From assembly GCA_027451365.1 (NCBI GenBank), contig DAIDJN010000058.1, forward strand, positions 105,485 to 169,484: 64,000 nt of DNA, given 5' to 3'. The notes under the pieces were generated by a model. The model did not search any database and was not told where the DNA came from. It worked only from the letters and a program-made list of their open reading frames with translations. Origin of the DNA: Phycisphaerales bacterium. GTDB taxonomy: Bacteria > Planctomycetota > Phycisphaerae > WQYP01. The position numbers were made by a program, and so were the translations under genes. Position 1 is the first letter of the stretch. Each line of letters starts with the position of its first letter. Of this stretch, positions 30,036-41,171 are shown piece by piece.

Positions 30036-30649
30036 ATAATTCCTTTGCCAATAAATGGATTTTCCGCTTGTGCAGTTTCACACATATTTGTCCAGGTTCG
30101 CGAAGCGTCAGGGCGATGCCACGGATTCCAGGGAAGTGCCTGCCTGGAATAATATGGTCCCTTGTGAACCAGACCTTCAAAAAGATGATTCGCCAATGCG
30201 CGAACCATGGGCTTCACGGTGTGACTTAAACGCGAGCCAATTTCCAGGCTTGCCGCGCCTATGGCCAGAACAAAGGCCGGCGGCACATTGCCGAAGACCT
30301 TGTCACATAATGCCATCAGTTGCTCCGGCGTTTCGTGGTGCCCAAGGCGACCAGGGTGTTCTTCATGCCGGTCGGGTTGTACACGGACAGCATCCAGGAA
30401 TCCCACAGGCACCTTCACGCTCGCATCGATAAAAATGACACATTTTGAACGACTGATATTCTCCGCAAGTTCCGGCAAAAGCTGCATCACGGCCAGCGCC
30501 ACAACGCCCGGCGTATGTTCCATTGCCAGACGATTCGCGAGAAGCTTGGCCACAACCGGACCGACGCCATCATCACTGCGCAAGGTGTTGCCAAAACCGA
30601 TGACCAGGGTATCGTGCGGTTCATTGGGTTTAGTCGCGTGAGAGTACAT
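30032..30649 (-). CDS. hoxW: Hydrogenase maturation protease
   Basis: VIGFGNTLRSDDGVG, QLLPELAE, IFIDA, HH; directly after hoxH. Confidence 0.92.
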   Translation of the reverse strand: MYSHATKPNEPHDTLVIGFGNTLRSDDGVGPVVAKLLANRLAMEHTPGVVALAVMQLLPELAENISRSKCVIFIDASVKVPVGFLDAVRVQPDRHEEHPGRLGHHETPEQLMALCDKVFGNVPPAFVLAIGAASLEIGSRLSHTVKPMVRALANHLFEGLVHKGPYYSRQALPWNPWHRPDASRTWTNMCETAQAENPFIGKGII

Positions 30650-32078
30650 CGAACACCTCGCCGTCGGGACCTTTTAATTCCACGCGCAATGGCATTTGTC
30701 CCAATGCATGGGTGGAACAACTGAGGCATGGGTCGAAGCAGCGAATCACCGCCTCCACCCGGTTGAGCATTCCTTCCTGCAGTTTGCGGCCATCAATAAA
30801 TCGCTCGGCCACCTGCCTGACCCCCCGGTTCATCGCCAGATTGTTATGCCCTGTCGCGATAATCATATTGGCCCATGTCATAAGGCCATTTTTATCGATT
30901 TTGTAATGATGGATAAGCGTGCCGCGCGGAGCCTCGGACATACCGACGCCTTCAAAACGGTTGGGCCGCGCGCGCGCCCGGACATGTTCATCAAGAATAT
31001 CGGGTTCTTCCAGCAGTTCCCTGATTTTTTCAATTCCATATAGAATTTCCACAAGGCGTGCCCAGTGATAATGAAAGCTGCTTTGCGGAGCGCGTCCCAA
31101 TCGGCTGCGAAACAGTCCGAGTTCCCGATCCGCCAGCGGTGTGCCGCAACGTTCGGCCACCACAAGCCGCGCCAGCGGACCCACACGATATATTCCTTCC
31201 GGATAGCCGCGCGGCTTGAAATAGGGAAATTTAAGATAGGTGTAATTTTCCACCGCTTCACCAATGAAATTCGGATAATCATGAGGATGGGCCAGTTCCG
31301 CGACCGGCCGGGCATGTTCATCGACAAAGCGCAGGGGGCCATCATAATGTTCAAGTGTGCCTTCTTCGTTGACCAGTCCGGCAAAAAGAGTGGGAAAATT
31401 AGCGAAGACATCGGCTTCCGCCGGGTAGTTATCCTGCACGGCGTGAAAACATTCCAGCCCCCGGCCAATACGTTCCAGAGCGTCGGGAATGGTGGCCAGA
31501 ATCGTGTCGCGATCTTGCGAGCTTAAAGGTGTGCTCACGCCGCCGGGCACCACCCATGCGGGGTGAATTTTCTTTCCCCCCAGCAATCCGATAATTTCCT
31601 GACCGAACTTCCGCACCATAATGCCGTCGCGCGCGAATTCCGGGTGCGAACCGACCAGACCGAAAATATTTCGGGTGGCTGGGTCACCGTCCATACCATA
31701 AATCAGGTCCGGACTGGAAAGATGAAAAAATGAAAGCGCGTGGCTCTGCACCATTTGTGCCAAATTCATAATACGGCGCAGCTTGATGGCGGTGGGGGGC
31801 AATTCAACGGCTAGAATATCATCGCAGGCCTTGGAAGAGGCCATCAGGTGACTGACCGGACATATACCGCAGATACGTGCCATAATGCCGGGCATTTCCG
31901 GCAATGGCCGTCCCTGAACGAAAGTTTCAAATCCGCGGAATTGTGTGACATGAAACTGCGCGTCGCGAACTTTACCTTCGTCATTGAGTTCTATGGTAAT
32001 TTGGGCGTGTCCCTCAATGCGTGTCACCCCTTTTATTTTAATTGTCTGTCCCATGATGATATCCTTTGTAACTTTCAT
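30630..32078 (-). CDS. hoxH: Group 3d bidirectional [NiFe] hydrogenase large subunit
   Basis: TRIEGH, L1 [22 protein letters not shown]2 DPCLSCSTH plus cleavable tail. Confidence 0.97.
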   Translation of the reverse strand: MKVTKDIIMGQTIKIKGVTRIEGHAQITIELNDEGKVRDAQFHVTQFRGFETFVQGRPLPEMPGIMARICGICPVSHLMASSKACDDILAVELPPTAIKLRRIMNLAQMVQSHALSFFHLSSPDLIYGMDGDPATRNIFGLVGSHPEFARDGIMVRKFGQEIIGLLGGKKIHPAWVVPGGVSTPLSSQDRDTILATIPDALERIGRGLECFHAVQDNYPAEADVFANFPTLFAGLVNEEGTLEHYDGPLRFVDEHARPVAELAHPHDYPNFIGEAVENYTYLKFPYFKPRGYPEGIYRVGPLARLVVAERCGTPLADRELGLFRSRLGRAPQSSFHYHWARLVEILYGIEKIRELLEEPDILDEHVRARARPNRFEGVGMSEAPRGTLIHHYKIDKNGLMTWANMIIATGHNNLAMNRGVRQVAERFIDGRKLQEGMLNRVEAVIRCFDPCLSCSTHALGQMPLRVELKGPDGEVFDVLSRD

Positions 32079-32086
32079 ATATTTGG

Positions 32087-32653
32087 TTATTTACCAAAGC
32101 GCGTGACGGTACTGCTTTCCGGTTTGCGGCCCGCCAACAATTCTGTCAGTACGTACCAGATGGCATCGGCCGGAGGCGGGCAACCGGGCACATACGAATC
32201 CACGGTTATGACTTCATGAAGTGGAACGGCATGAGGGCGAAGCGGCGGCACCACCTTAAGTGGCAGGCGGGCCATGCGCTGCGCGGGTTCCGCGGGGGAA
32301 GATGCCTTTTCCACATACGCTGCGGTAAGCAGCGTCTCCGGTTTCCATCCATTGCGCATGCCCGGCACATTGGCGGTTACGGCACAATCACCCATTGAAA
32401 TAACCAGTTTACTGCGCTGGCGGATCAGCAGAGCTTTGTGGAAATCCTCTTCACTGCTGACGGCGCCTTCCACCAGCGTCACATCCACATTCAATGGAAA
32501 TTCCTTCGGGTCTACCACCGGCGAATAGACCACCTCCACCAGCGACGCCAGCGTGATAAGCCTCTCGTCCAAATCCATGAAACTCATGTGGCAGCCCGAG
32601 CAGCCATCCAGCCATACCGTTGCGATTCTGGGTTTATTGTTCGCCGTGGTCAT
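32087..32653 (-). CDS. hoxY: Bidirectional hydrogenase small subunit
   Basis: WLDGCSGCHMS, GDCAVTANVP, PGCPP. Confidence 0.96.
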   Translation of the reverse strand: MTTANNKPRIATVWLDGCSGCHMSFMDLDERLITLASLVEVVYSPVVDPKEFPLNVDVTLVEGAVSSEEDFHKALLIRQRSKLVISMGDCAVTANVPGMRNGWKPETLLTAAYVEKASSPAEPAQRMARLPLKVVPPLRPHAVPLHEVITVDSYVPGCPPPADAIWYVLTELLAGRKPESSTVTRFGK

Positions 32654-33381
32654 TTATCGACCTCCCGCATAAGGGTTAAATATGGTAGAAATTCATGTTT
32701 TTTTATCATTTCGCCAATGGCTGTTCCGCGGTGCGTCAGGGCACCAGTCGGGCATACGTTCACACATTTGCCGCAGCTGGTGCAGGTTTCGCTTTCGCCC
32801 CATGGTTCATCAAGGTCATTAATGATGGCGGCGGAAATGCCGCGGCCCTTGACATCTTTGGTGTGGGCACCTTCAATTTCGCCGCACACCCGCACGCAAC
32901 GTGTGCACAGGATGCAACGGTTCTGATCCAGGCGGAAAAAGTCGTGTGAATTATCGACCGCAAGTTTGGGAAACCGGTAGGGCAGGTGCACATGGTCCAC
33001 ACCAAGCTGCGACGCCATGGTCTGAAGTTCGCAGTGCCCATTGCTTACGCACACACTGCACACATGATTTCTTTCCGCCAGAAGCATTTCAACAATCATC
33101 TGGCGATATTTGTGCAGGCGCGGTGTATGAGTGCGCACCACCATGCCTTCGGCGCATTGGGTCGCGCAGGCGGCGAACAGTTTTGTCGAGCCTTCCACTT
33201 CCACCATGCACAAGCGGCAACCTCCCCAAAGGGTCAGTCCTTCCAGCCAGCATAGCGTTGGAATCGCGATCGCGTGCTCGCGCGCCACTTCCAGTAAAGA
33301 CTGTCCGGTGCGGCAACTGACCGCATTGTCATCTATTGTCAGTGTAATGGACTCAACAGAAACAGATTTAGCCCGATTCAT
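32650..33381 (-). CDS. hoxU: Diaphorase Fe-S subunit
   Basis: [53 protein letters not shown] overlap with hoxF. Confidence 0.96.
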   Translation of the reverse strand: MNRAKSVSVESITLTIDDNAVSCRTGQSLLEVAREHAIAIPTLCWLEGLTLWGGCRLCMVEVEGSTKLFAACATQCAEGMVVRTHTPRLHKYRQMIVEMLLAERNHVCSVCVSNGHCELQTMASQLGVDHVHLPYRFPKLAVDNSHDFFRLDQNRCILCTRCVRVCGEIEGAHTKDVKGRGISAAIINDLDEPWGESETCTSCGKCVNVCPTGALTHRGTAIGEMIKKHEFLPYLTLMREVDK

Positions 33382-35060
33382 GATACCACCTCCAGAGCCA
33401 CGGTTGTGCCAACGGCAACGGAATCGGCGTTTTGAACGGCCCGCGCCGCCTCGCCTTTTTTTATAAGGTCCAGGTAATCGTCTTCGAAGTGCCGCAATGT
33501 GCTGAGCACCGGGTTCGGGGCCGACTGCCCCAGACCGCACAAACTTGTATTTTTCACCATGTCGCAAAGCTCTTTAAGCAGCGCCAGGTCGGTGTGAGTG
33601 CCGTGTCCTTCATAAATACGATCGAGCAGGCGGTGCATCTGCCAGGTCCCCACACGGCAGGGCACGCATTTGCCGCAGCTTTCGGTCATGCAGAATTCCA
33701 TGAAGAACCGCGCAACATCCACCATGTTGCTGGTCTCATCCATCACAATCATGCCGCCCGAGCCCATGATGGAGCCGATTTTCGCCAGGGATTCGTAATC
33801 CAGTTTAATATCCAGATCGCGTGCTGAAATACATCCGCCTGATGGCCCGCCGGTCTGCATCGCCTTAAAGGCTTTGCCGTCCGGTATCCCGCCGCCAAGG
33901 TCAAACACAATTTCCCGCAGCGTGATGCCCATCGGTACTTCAATAAGGCCGGTGTTGCGAATCTTTCCGGTAATGGCGAATATTTTCGTCCCTTTGCTTT
34001 TCTCTGTTCCGATGGACGAAAACCACCCCGCCCCTTCACGGATTATTGGCGCGATCGTGCCGTAGGTTTCAACGTTGTTAATCAGGGTGGGGCAGCCAAA
34101 TAAGCCGGAATTCGCCGGATAGGGCGGTCTGGGGCGTGGCAATCCGCGGTTGCCTTCCACGCTGGCAATAAGCGCGGTTTCTTCGCCGCATACAAAAGCC
34201 CCGGCCCCCAGACGAATTTCCACGGTGAAATTAAATCGCGTGCCAAATATCCCATTCCCCAGCAGTTCATGGCGCATCGCCTGATTAATCGCCTTAGTCA
34301 GACGTTTAACTGCCAGAGGATATTCCGCCCGCACGTAGATCACGCCATGATCTGCGCCTACGGCGTATGCCGCAATCGCCATTCCCTCCAGCACGCGGTG
34401 CGGATCCCCTTCCATCACACTGCGGTCCATAAACGCGCCAGGGTCGCCCTCATCACCATTGCAGATCACATATTTTTGTGCTCCGCCGGCTTTGGCCACG
34501 GTGCTCCATTTTAGCCCCGTTGGAAATCCGGCGCCACCGCGGCCGCGCAATCCGCTGGCGGTGATCTGGCTGATCACGTCAATAGGGCTCATTTCCGTCA
34601 GGACTTTCAAAAGAGCTTCATAGGCTCCGTGCGCAACACAGTCCGCGAGGTCTTCGGGATCCATCCGGCCGGAATTTGATCGGACAATCAATTTCTGCTT
34701 CCTGAAAAAGCTCTGCTCCAGATCGCATACCAGGTGTTTTAATTCCGGATTTCCGGTGGGGCTGTCCAATCCCTGTACAATGGCCTGGGCATGTTCTGGT
34801 GTCACGTTCTGATACATCGGATGTCCGTCATTCACCTTGACCATCGGCCCGTTGCCACAAAGCCCCATACAGCCCACGCCCATCACGCGGACTTCCTTTT
34901 GCAGACCACGAGCCTTGACCGTCTCGTTTATGCGCGCAACAATCTGATCGCTGCGCGAGCTTATGCAGCCGGATTCCATGCAAACGCCGATACAGTGCTT
35001 GTATCCGGCGTTAAGAATCCGCTTTTTCTCGGCCATGTTCGCCAATTCTTCGGGTTTCAT
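33378..35060 (-). CDS. hoxF: Diaphorase NAD(H)/FMN-binding subunit
   Basis: N-terminal 2Fe-2S thioredoxin-like domain, [45 protein letters not shown]. Confidence 0.96.
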   Translation of the reverse strand: MKPEELANMAEKKRILNAGYKHCIGVCMESGCISSRSDQIVARINETVKARGLQKEVRVMGVGCMGLCGNGPMVKVNDGHPMYQNVTPEHAQAIVQGLDSPTGNPELKHLVCDLEQSFFRKQKLIVRSNSGRMDPEDLADCVAHGAYEALLKVLTEMSPIDVISQITASGLRGRGGAGFPTGLKWSTVAKAGGAQKYVICNGDEGDPGAFMDRSVMEGDPHRVLEGMAIAAYAVGADHGVIYVRAEYPLAVKRLTKAINQAMRHELLGNGIFGTRFNFTVEIRLGAGAFVCGEETALIASVEGNRGLPRPRPPYPANSGLFGCPTLINNVETYGTIAPIIREGAGWFSSIGTEKSKGTKIFAITGKIRNTGLIEVPMGITLREIVFDLGGGIPDGKAFKAMQTGGPSGGCISARDLDIKLDYESLAKIGSIMGSGGMIVMDETSNMVDVARFFMEFCMTESCGKCVPCRVGTWQMHRLLDRIYEGHGTHTDLALLKELCDMVKNTSLCGLGQSAPNPVLSTLRHFEDDYLDLIKKGEAARAVQNADSVAVGTTVALEVVS

Positions 35061-35569
35061 GATTCAACCTTTCCAGCCATCACGTTATCCAATCGGTCCA
35101 GCAGCATTGTCGCCTCACTCTTCCCCTGCACCTGTCCATCCACCACCGCGGCGGGTGCAAGGCCGCAAGCGCCTATGCAGCGCGCCACCAGCAGAGACAT
35201 TTCCCCGTCCGCCGTTGTCTGACCATCGTGAATGCCCAGTTTCTTTTCCACTTGTTCCAGCAACTGTTTGCTTCCCTTGATGTAACACGCTGTGCCCAGA
35301 CAGACCACGCAGGTGTGTCGGCCCTGCGGCTTAAGTGTGAAATGGTGGTAAAAAGTCGCAACGCCATAAATTTTTGATAACGGCACGCGTAAGCTTGTGG
35401 CCACCCATCGCAATGCCGGTTCATCCAGATACCCCATGGCCTGCTGGACGCTGTGCAGGGTCTCTATCAGACCGCTGGGTTCAAACCCAGTGCGGCGCAT
35501 GGTCGCTTCCACAATTCTCCAGCGTTTGTCTTCGGTGGGAGCCGAAGGTAATGTGTGTGTCATCGTCAT
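35057..35569 (-). CDS. hoxE: Diaphorase 2Fe-2S subunit
   Basis: [34 protein letters not shown]. Confidence 0.96.
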   Translation of the reverse strand: MTMTHTLPSAPTEDKRWRIVEATMRRTGFEPSGLIETLHSVQQAMGYLDEPALRWVATSLRVPLSKIYGVATFYHHFTLKPQGRHTCVVCLGTACYIKGSKQLLEQVEKKLGIHDGQTTADGEMSLLVARCIGACGLAPAAVVDGQVQGKSEATMLLDRLDNVMAGKVES

Positions 35570-35595
35570 ATGATTACTCCTGTATAATTATTTGT

Positions 35596-36654
35596 TCAGC
35601 AAATCCGCGGCAATTGCTCGCCGTACGGCTTTTGCAGCACGCGTCGGCCGCCGATGGTCGTCCACATTTCACATATCCCATCCGTCTGTTCACCAATATG
35701 CCCGATGACACAGGACTCCAGACCCGTCGGATAATGCCGCAATGTTTCCAGAACTGTTTCTGATTTTTCCGCCGACACGACAATCACCACTTTTCCCTCA
35801 TTGGCGACTTCCAAAGGGTCAAGTCCCAGCATGGCGGCGGCGTGACGCGCCTCGGGCTGTATAGGTATCCGTGCTTCGTCCAGAACCACATGCCGCCCGC
35901 TTTGCCGTGCTAAATCCGCAGCCACACCAGCCAGACCACCGCGCGTAGGATCTCGCATAAACTTCACTTCCGGCGTATGGCGCAGCACATCGGATATCAT
36001 GACATTCAGAGGCGCTGCATCGCTGCGTAAAATGCTTTTTACTTCCGGCATGTCGCGGGTAAGCATCACCGCCAGGCCATGTTCTCCGATGGTCCCGCTC
36101 AAAATAATCAGGTCTCCCGGTTCCACCCGAGATGGATGCAGTTGCCGGCCCGCCGGCACTCGACCCATGCCCGCTGTGATCAAGTAGATGCCATCCGCCT
36201 GTCCGCGACCGACCACCTTGGTGTCGCCGGTAATCACGCAAACGCCCGCCTCTTCGGCCGTGGACTGCACGGAATCCAGCACATTCTCCAGCGTTTTGGT
36301 CTCCAGGCCTTCTTCTAAAATCATGGCCAGAGCTAGTCCCAACGGCTCGGCACCGCTCACCGCCAGATCATTGATCGTTCCTGAAACGGCCAGGCGACCA
36401 ATATTGCCGCCCGGAAAAAACAGCGGCTGAACCACATAGCTGTCAATTGTTAAAGCCAAACGACCAGTTCCCCGTCCGACAATTCCTGCATCCAGCAAAT
36501 TGCCTAAGACGGTGTTGTTCAATCTGGGTAAAACCATATTTTGAATCAAACTGTCGGTGAGCTGCCCGCCACCGCCATGGGCCAGCGCCACGCGTGTTAA
36601 ATTACCGGTTGTGCCCACTGTTTCAACCAATTTAGGTCCGGTCGGTGCTGTCAT
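35596..36654 (-). CDS. hypE: Hydrogenase maturation carbamoyl dehydratase HypE
   Basis: AHGGGG, TIDSYVV, GDTKVV, RDPTRGG, C-terminal LPRIC. Confidence 0.97.
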   Translation of the reverse strand: MTAPTGPKLVETVGTTGNLTRVALAHGGGGQLTDSLIQNMVLPRLNNTVLGNLLDAGIVGRGTGRLALTIDSYVVQPLFFPGGNIGRLAVSGTINDLAVSGAEPLGLALAMILEEGLETKTLENVLDSVQSTAEEAGVCVITGDTKVVGRGQADGIYLITAGMGRVPAGRQLHPSRVEPGDLIILSGTIGEHGLAVMLTRDMPEVKSILRSDAAPLNVMISDVLRHTPEVKFMRDPTRGGLAGVAADLARQSGRHVVLDEARIPIQPEARHAAAMLGLDPLEVANEGKVVIVVSAEKSETVLETLRHYPTGLESCVIGHIGEQTDGICEMWTTIGGRRVLQKPYGEQLPRIC

Positions 36655-37859
36655 GATAATAGCTCCTGCGGTTTGGACTTTGCGGCGAATGCTCCTCCAC
36701 CACAACCGTATTTGAACCATGCGGCACAGGTTCCCTCGGAACTGACCATGCAAGGGCCGATCGGATTAATGGGCGTACAGACTTTTCCGAATAGCTTGCA
36801 GTTTCCAGGTTCGGCCAGGCCGCTGATCACCTGACCACACAGACAACCGCGCGGTTCGCTTTCTTGGGGTTGCACAAGAGAGAATCGCACGCGGGCGTCA
36901 AATCGCGAAAATTCAGTCCGTATTGCCAGACCACTTTCATCCATTGCCCCCAGACCACGCCAGCGGGCACTGCAGGGTTCGAAAATAGTCGCCAGCAATT
37001 TCTGTGCGGCGATATTTCCGTCAGCCCGCACCACTTCCGGGTATTGATTGATCAGGGCGCTGCGTCCCGCCAGTGCCAGTTCCGTCAGGTCCGCCAGTGC
37101 CGAAAGCATCTGCTGCGGTTCGAATCCGCCGATCACACAGGATTTGGCATATTCCGCCACAATGGGCTCATAGGCCCGCGAGCCTATAATGACCGAGACG
37201 TGACCGGGCGCCATGAAGCCATCCACACCCAGCCCCGTGGTGGGGGCCGCGTTCAAAAGTGCCCGCATGGCGGGGATAATCCGCTTGTGGCTGGCCAGCA
37301 CTGAAAAATTGTCAACACCCCGGCGATGCGCTTCCAATATGGCCGCCGCTGTGGCGGGAGCTGTGGTTTCAAAACCGACGGCCGCAAAAATGATTTCCCT
37401 GTCCGGTTCCTTTTGCGCAATGGCAAGTGCGTCGAGTGAACTGTAAATCACCCGGACATCCGCCCCGGCCATGCGCGCTGTTTCCAGAGTGCCTCGTCGG
37501 CCCGGAACTCGCAACATATCCCCATACGTACAAATAATGACGTTGGCAAGCCCTGCTACTCCTACCATCAGGTCAATGTCGCTTTGTGCCGTCACGCAAA
37601 CTGGACAGCCCGGACCGCTGATAAGTCGTATATTTTCAGGCAATACGGTTTTCAGGCCGCAACGAAATGCGCTCATGGTGTGCGTGCCACACACTTCCAT
37701 AAAAGCCAATGAACCGTTGACCTTTGCCGCGGCGGTTCCCAGTCGCGATAACAATTGGCGAATGTTCTGGCACGGCTTTAACGGCGACGGCAGTTTGGTC
37801 AGGAGTTCTGTCGCAGGCCGCATAGTGTCAGCTGATGAATGAAGAGTTGATATTCTCAT
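36651..37859 (-). CDS. hypD: Hydrogenase formation protein HypD
   Basis: MEVCGTHT, GPGCPVC, GFETT, PGHVS, CMVSSEGTCAA. Confidence 0.97.
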   Translation of the reverse strand: MRISTLHSSADTMRPATELLTKLPSPLKPCQNIRQLLSRLGTAAAKVNGSLAFMEVCGTHTMSAFRCGLKTVLPENIRLISGPGCPVCVTAQSDIDLMVGVAGLANVIICTYGDMLRVPGRRGTLETARMAGADVRVIYSSLDALAIAQKEPDREIIFAAVGFETTAPATAAAILEAHRRGVDNFSVLASHKRIIPAMRALLNAAPTTGLGVDGFMAPGHVSVIIGSRAYEPIVAEYAKSCVIGGFEPQQMLSALADLTELALAGRSALINQYPEVVRADGNIAAQKLLATIFEPCSARWRGLGAMDESGLAIRTEFSRFDARVRFSLVQPQESEPRGCLCGQVISGLAEPGNCKLFGKVCTPINPIGPCMVSSEGTCAAWFKYGCGGGAFAAKSKPQELLS

Positions 37860-38092
37860 GCCGGGCCTCCCGCATTTTCCGCTCCGGCCAAATCGCGAAG
37901 CGTGGCAAATGTCTGCTGGGCGTCGTGCTCATTAATCTGTTCAATCGCGAATCCTGCATGAACCAGAAGCCAATCGCCGATTCTTGCACCCGGAGTAAGC
38001 TGAGTATTGACCGGCAACTCGTTTCCGTGAAGATCAACGGTGCCGTTATCTCCGGTCAAGCGAATTAATTTTGCTGGTACGGCCAAACACAT
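37856..38092 (-). CDS. hypC: Hydrogenase assembly chaperone HypC
   Basis: MCLAVP, GDWLLVHAGFAI. Confidence 0.97.
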   Translation of the reverse strand: MCLAVPAKLIRLTGDNGTVDLHGNELPVNTQLTPGARIGDWLLVHAGFAIEQINEHDAQQTFATLRDLAGAENAGGPA

Positions 38093-38106
38093 CGTCGCGT
38101 CCCCTT

Positions 38107-40548
38107 CTAAAAAGTCTGGTTCCGGCCCCGTATCCCATCGTTCTGATGGCCGGTCCGGTGGGCATTGCCCGCGTTGCGTGCCGCTGCCACCACCGCCTGC
38201 CCATAGGAAATGCCACCATCTCCCGCAGGCACAAGCCGGTGTTGCAATACGGTATAGCCCCGCGTTTCCAGCAGACCGGCCAGCCGATGGGCGAACCGGG
38301 CATTCGTCATCACGCCGCCGGTAAGCCCCACCGTATCAATTCCCGTTTTTTCCACGGCCTGGGTCACCAGCGCTGCCCACGCTTGCGCAAGGGCCTCATG
38401 AAAACACCACGCGATCTGAGTCGCGGACATGCCCGAACGTATTGCCGCCAGCGTTGCTCTCCAGAATTCGCTCAGGTCTATCTGAAGTCCATTTTCATTG
38501 TTTAAAACGGCCCAGGCGGTTGTCAGCATCGGTGCTTCGCGGTCGGCGGCCACGTCGGCCGCGGCCTGTACGGACATTGCCGCCTGAGCCTCAAAACTGT
38601 TTACTTTTGTTAATCCCAATAGCGCGGCCACGGCGTCAAAATAGCGGCCCGCACCACTGCTTTTTACCAGTGCAATCCCACGTCGCATCATGGTCAGCAT
38701 CATGGCACTTTCCCGGCTATCCGGAAAAAGAGCCTGAACAACAGGTTCATCAGCCGCCTGTTCTCCCATGGCCTGATACACCGCGGAAAGTGCACACCGC
38801 CGAATATCGCCCGCAGCCCGATCGCCACCTGGCAACATCAGGGGACGAAGTCCGCCAAGGCGACGGTAATCCGACAGTCCCGCCTGCAGCAATTCCCCAC
38901 CCCACGAACTTCCATCCGGTGCCAGACCGGTGCCGTCACATACCACAGCCAGAATATCGCGATGTTGGTTGTGCTCTCCCATAAGAGCCGCCGCATGGGC
39001 ATGATGATGCTGCACACCGATTAAGCGAATATGCTTACCGGCCGCACGAGCCACCGCAAAGCCCGTGCTCACATACATGGGATGTAAATCATGAGCGATC
39101 CACTGCGGACGGATGCCCAGCAGGGACGACAGATCGCTCATAGCCTTTTTGAAATATTCAAAAGCCAGAGGATGTGTGATGTCTCCCAAATGCTGGCTTA
39201 GGATGGCCTGTTGCCCATTCACCAACGCGATGGTGTTTTTCAATTCCGCCCCGACACACAAGCCCATCCCCTCCGCCGCCACCGGTAAATTCAGCGGGGC
39301 GGGCACAAAGCCGCGCGATCGGCGAATGGGTAGTGGCGAGCCAGTTTCCATATCCATAAACACAGAATCATCCACGCATCGTTCAATCGGGCGGTTGTGT
39401 TCCAGAATTGCATCGCACAGATCGCCCAGCCGACTTTGCGCTTCGCCATTGTCAATTACAAGCGGTTCGTCCTGCACGTTGCCACTGGTCATCACCAGAT
39501 GATGCGGAGCATTGGGAATTGCTTGCAGCGCGTCAAACAACAGATGCTGCAGAGGCGTATAAGCCAGCATGACCCCCAGCCGATTGTTGCCCGGTGCCAC
39601 TTCCGCCGCAACCGGTGCATTGGCGCGCCGCGTCGCCAGAACAATGGGCGCAGCCGGATCACGCAGCATCCGCCAACCCGCCGCACTCAGTGTCACCAAT
39701 TCTCCTGCCGCTTGATCATCCGCACACATGATCGCGAACGGTTTGGCGTCGCGATGTTTCAATTGCCGCAGGCGGCTTACCGCTCCCGCCTGATCGCACC
39801 GCACCGCCAGATGAAATCCGCCAATGCCTTTAATGGCCACAATTTTTCCCGCGGCCAGGGCGCTCGCTGCACCTGTGACAGGGTCACCCGGAACAATATG
39901 CCCATTGGCTCGAATCAAACGCACCTGCGGACCACATTGCGGACAGGCAATCGGCTGGGCATGAAAGCGGCGATTGCCCGGATTCGCATATTCTTCATGG
40001 CAGTCTGGACACATGGCGAATTCCCGCATGGTCGTGTTCGGGCGGTCATAAGGAATGCGTTGAATGATGCTGTAACGCGGACCGCACTGTGTGCAGTTAA
40101 TCAATCCATGGCCAAAGCGCCTGTTGCCCGGTTCGCGCATGTCGCGCAGGCAATCCGGACATATGGCCGTATCCACCGTTACTGTGGACTTGGGGCTGCC
40201 TCCGGCAGCGGTCCCGGTCACGATCTGAATGTCAGGCGTTGGCGCAATAACAAATTCATCCAGACATTCACGCGGACTGATGAATTCAACCCGGCATTCA
40301 TCGATGCGAGCCAAAGCGGGTAATTCCTTTTTCAACCCCTCGGCCAATCGATCAAGTGCGGCGGCATTTCCCTGAGCCTCAATAATGACACCTTGCGCGT
40401 TGTTCCAAACCGCTCCGCAAAGGTGTTGCCGGCGTGCCAGGCGATAGACAAACGGACGAAACCCCACCCCCTGAAGTTGGCCACGCAGGAACCAGCGTCT
40501 TGCAATGACCTGTGCGGTATTTGATTGCAGCCTGTTCATAAGAAGCAT
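38107..40548 (-). CDS. hypF: Carbamoyltransferase HypF
   Basis: QGVGFRPFVY acylphosphatase domain, zinc fingers CPDC/CTQCGPR/CPQCGP, KGIGGFHL, HDLHP, QHHHAH, GDGGISYGQ. Confidence 0.97.
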   Translation of the reverse strand: MLLMNRLQSNTAQVIARRWFLRGQLQGVGFRPFVYRLARRQHLCGAVWNNAQGVIIEAQGNAAALDRLAEGLKKELPALARIDECRVEFISPRECLDEFVIAPTPDIQIVTGTAAGGSPKSTVTVDTAICPDCLRDMREPGNRRFGHGLINCTQCGPRYSIIQRIPYDRPNTTMREFAMCPDCHEEYANPGNRRFHAQPIACPQCGPQVRLIRANGHIVPGDPVTGAASALAAGKIVAIKGIGGFHLAVRCDQAGAVSRLRQLKHRDAKPFAIMCADDQAAGELVTLSAAGWRMLRDPAAPIVLATRRANAPVAAEVAPGNNRLGVMLAYTPLQHLLFDALQAIPNAPHHLVMTSGNVQDEPLVIDNGEAQSRLGDLCDAILEHNRPIERCVDDSVFMDMETGSPLPIRRSRGFVPAPLNLPVAAEGMGLCVGAELKNTIALVNGQQAILSQHLGDITHPLAFEYFKKAMSDLSSLLGIRPQWIAHDLHPMYVSTGFAVARAAGKHIRLIGVQHHHAHAAALMGEHNQHRDILAVVCDGTGLAPDGSSWGGELLQAGLSDYRRLGGLRPLMLPGGDRAAGDIRRCALSAVYQAMGEQAADEPVVQALFPDSRESAMMLTMMRRGIALVKSSGAGRYFDAVAALLGLTKVNSFEAQAAMSVQAAADVAADREAPMLTTAWAVLNNENGLQIDLSEFWRATLAAIRSGMSATQIAWCFHEALAQAWAALVTQAVEKTGIDTVGLTGGVMTNARFAHRLAGLLETRGYTVLQHRLVPAGDGGISYGQAVVAAARNAGNAHRTGHQNDGIRGRNQTF

Positions 40549-40582
40549 CCCATTGCTGTTTACATCCGGTATGGCTCAGGGC

Positions 40583-40600
40583 CTGTGAATATTTTCACAA
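40583..40600. promoter_or_regulatory. Rex (NADH/NAD+ sensor) operator-like palindrome
   Basis: CTGTGAA-TATT-TTCACAA matches the consensus TTGTGAA-N4-TTCACAA at 13 of 14 specified positions, about 35 nt upstream of hypF. Confidence 0.7.
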
Positions 40601-41171
40601 GCTCCGTCCGCTTAGCTTTCGCCCGGACTTCAATTACAAGACTATCCAGTCGCTGAATCATGTGAATCAGTAAGACCACCCGAAGTGGCTAGGCCTCCTT
40701 CCCCGCCATGTCTACAGTAATTTCCCTATACCCCGCCGTCGAAATGAAGGTACGACCTGTCCCAAAATTGTTTTCTCGCCAATCGAACTTCGCGCTGTCC
40801 GAGTATAAATTTGAACATTTTGCAAAGTACGCGCAGGCCATGCGCCTTTATTGTTTTGCTACCGCCGCTTGGCGCGACTATATGCGGATAGGTTATTGTA
40901 ATGCTGGCCGGTCGCGTGATAACGGTGTTGAAAGGATTCGCGCGGCGAATTGCGGGCGGTCCGGCGGCACAAGTTCGCCGCAGTGTCGCTGTGATTTCCA
41001 AGGAGCGGCTCATTTGCTATATTTGGTAACGCTGATTCGGAATGCAGCGATTCCGGGTGACGCGTTGAATTGGCCGCCTGAGAAAATGTTGGGTGCAGTT
41101 CTGCCTTTCATTGAGGCCGTCCGGCAAGCAATGAAAAATCAAATTGGATTACTGACCGGAGTTATAAAATC

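Noticed and set aside
39397..40323. 308-aa plus-strand ORF, and similar shadows over aroC, hppA, nifJ and ychF
   Set aside because: Antisense to well-supported genes; expected in GC-rich coding DNA.
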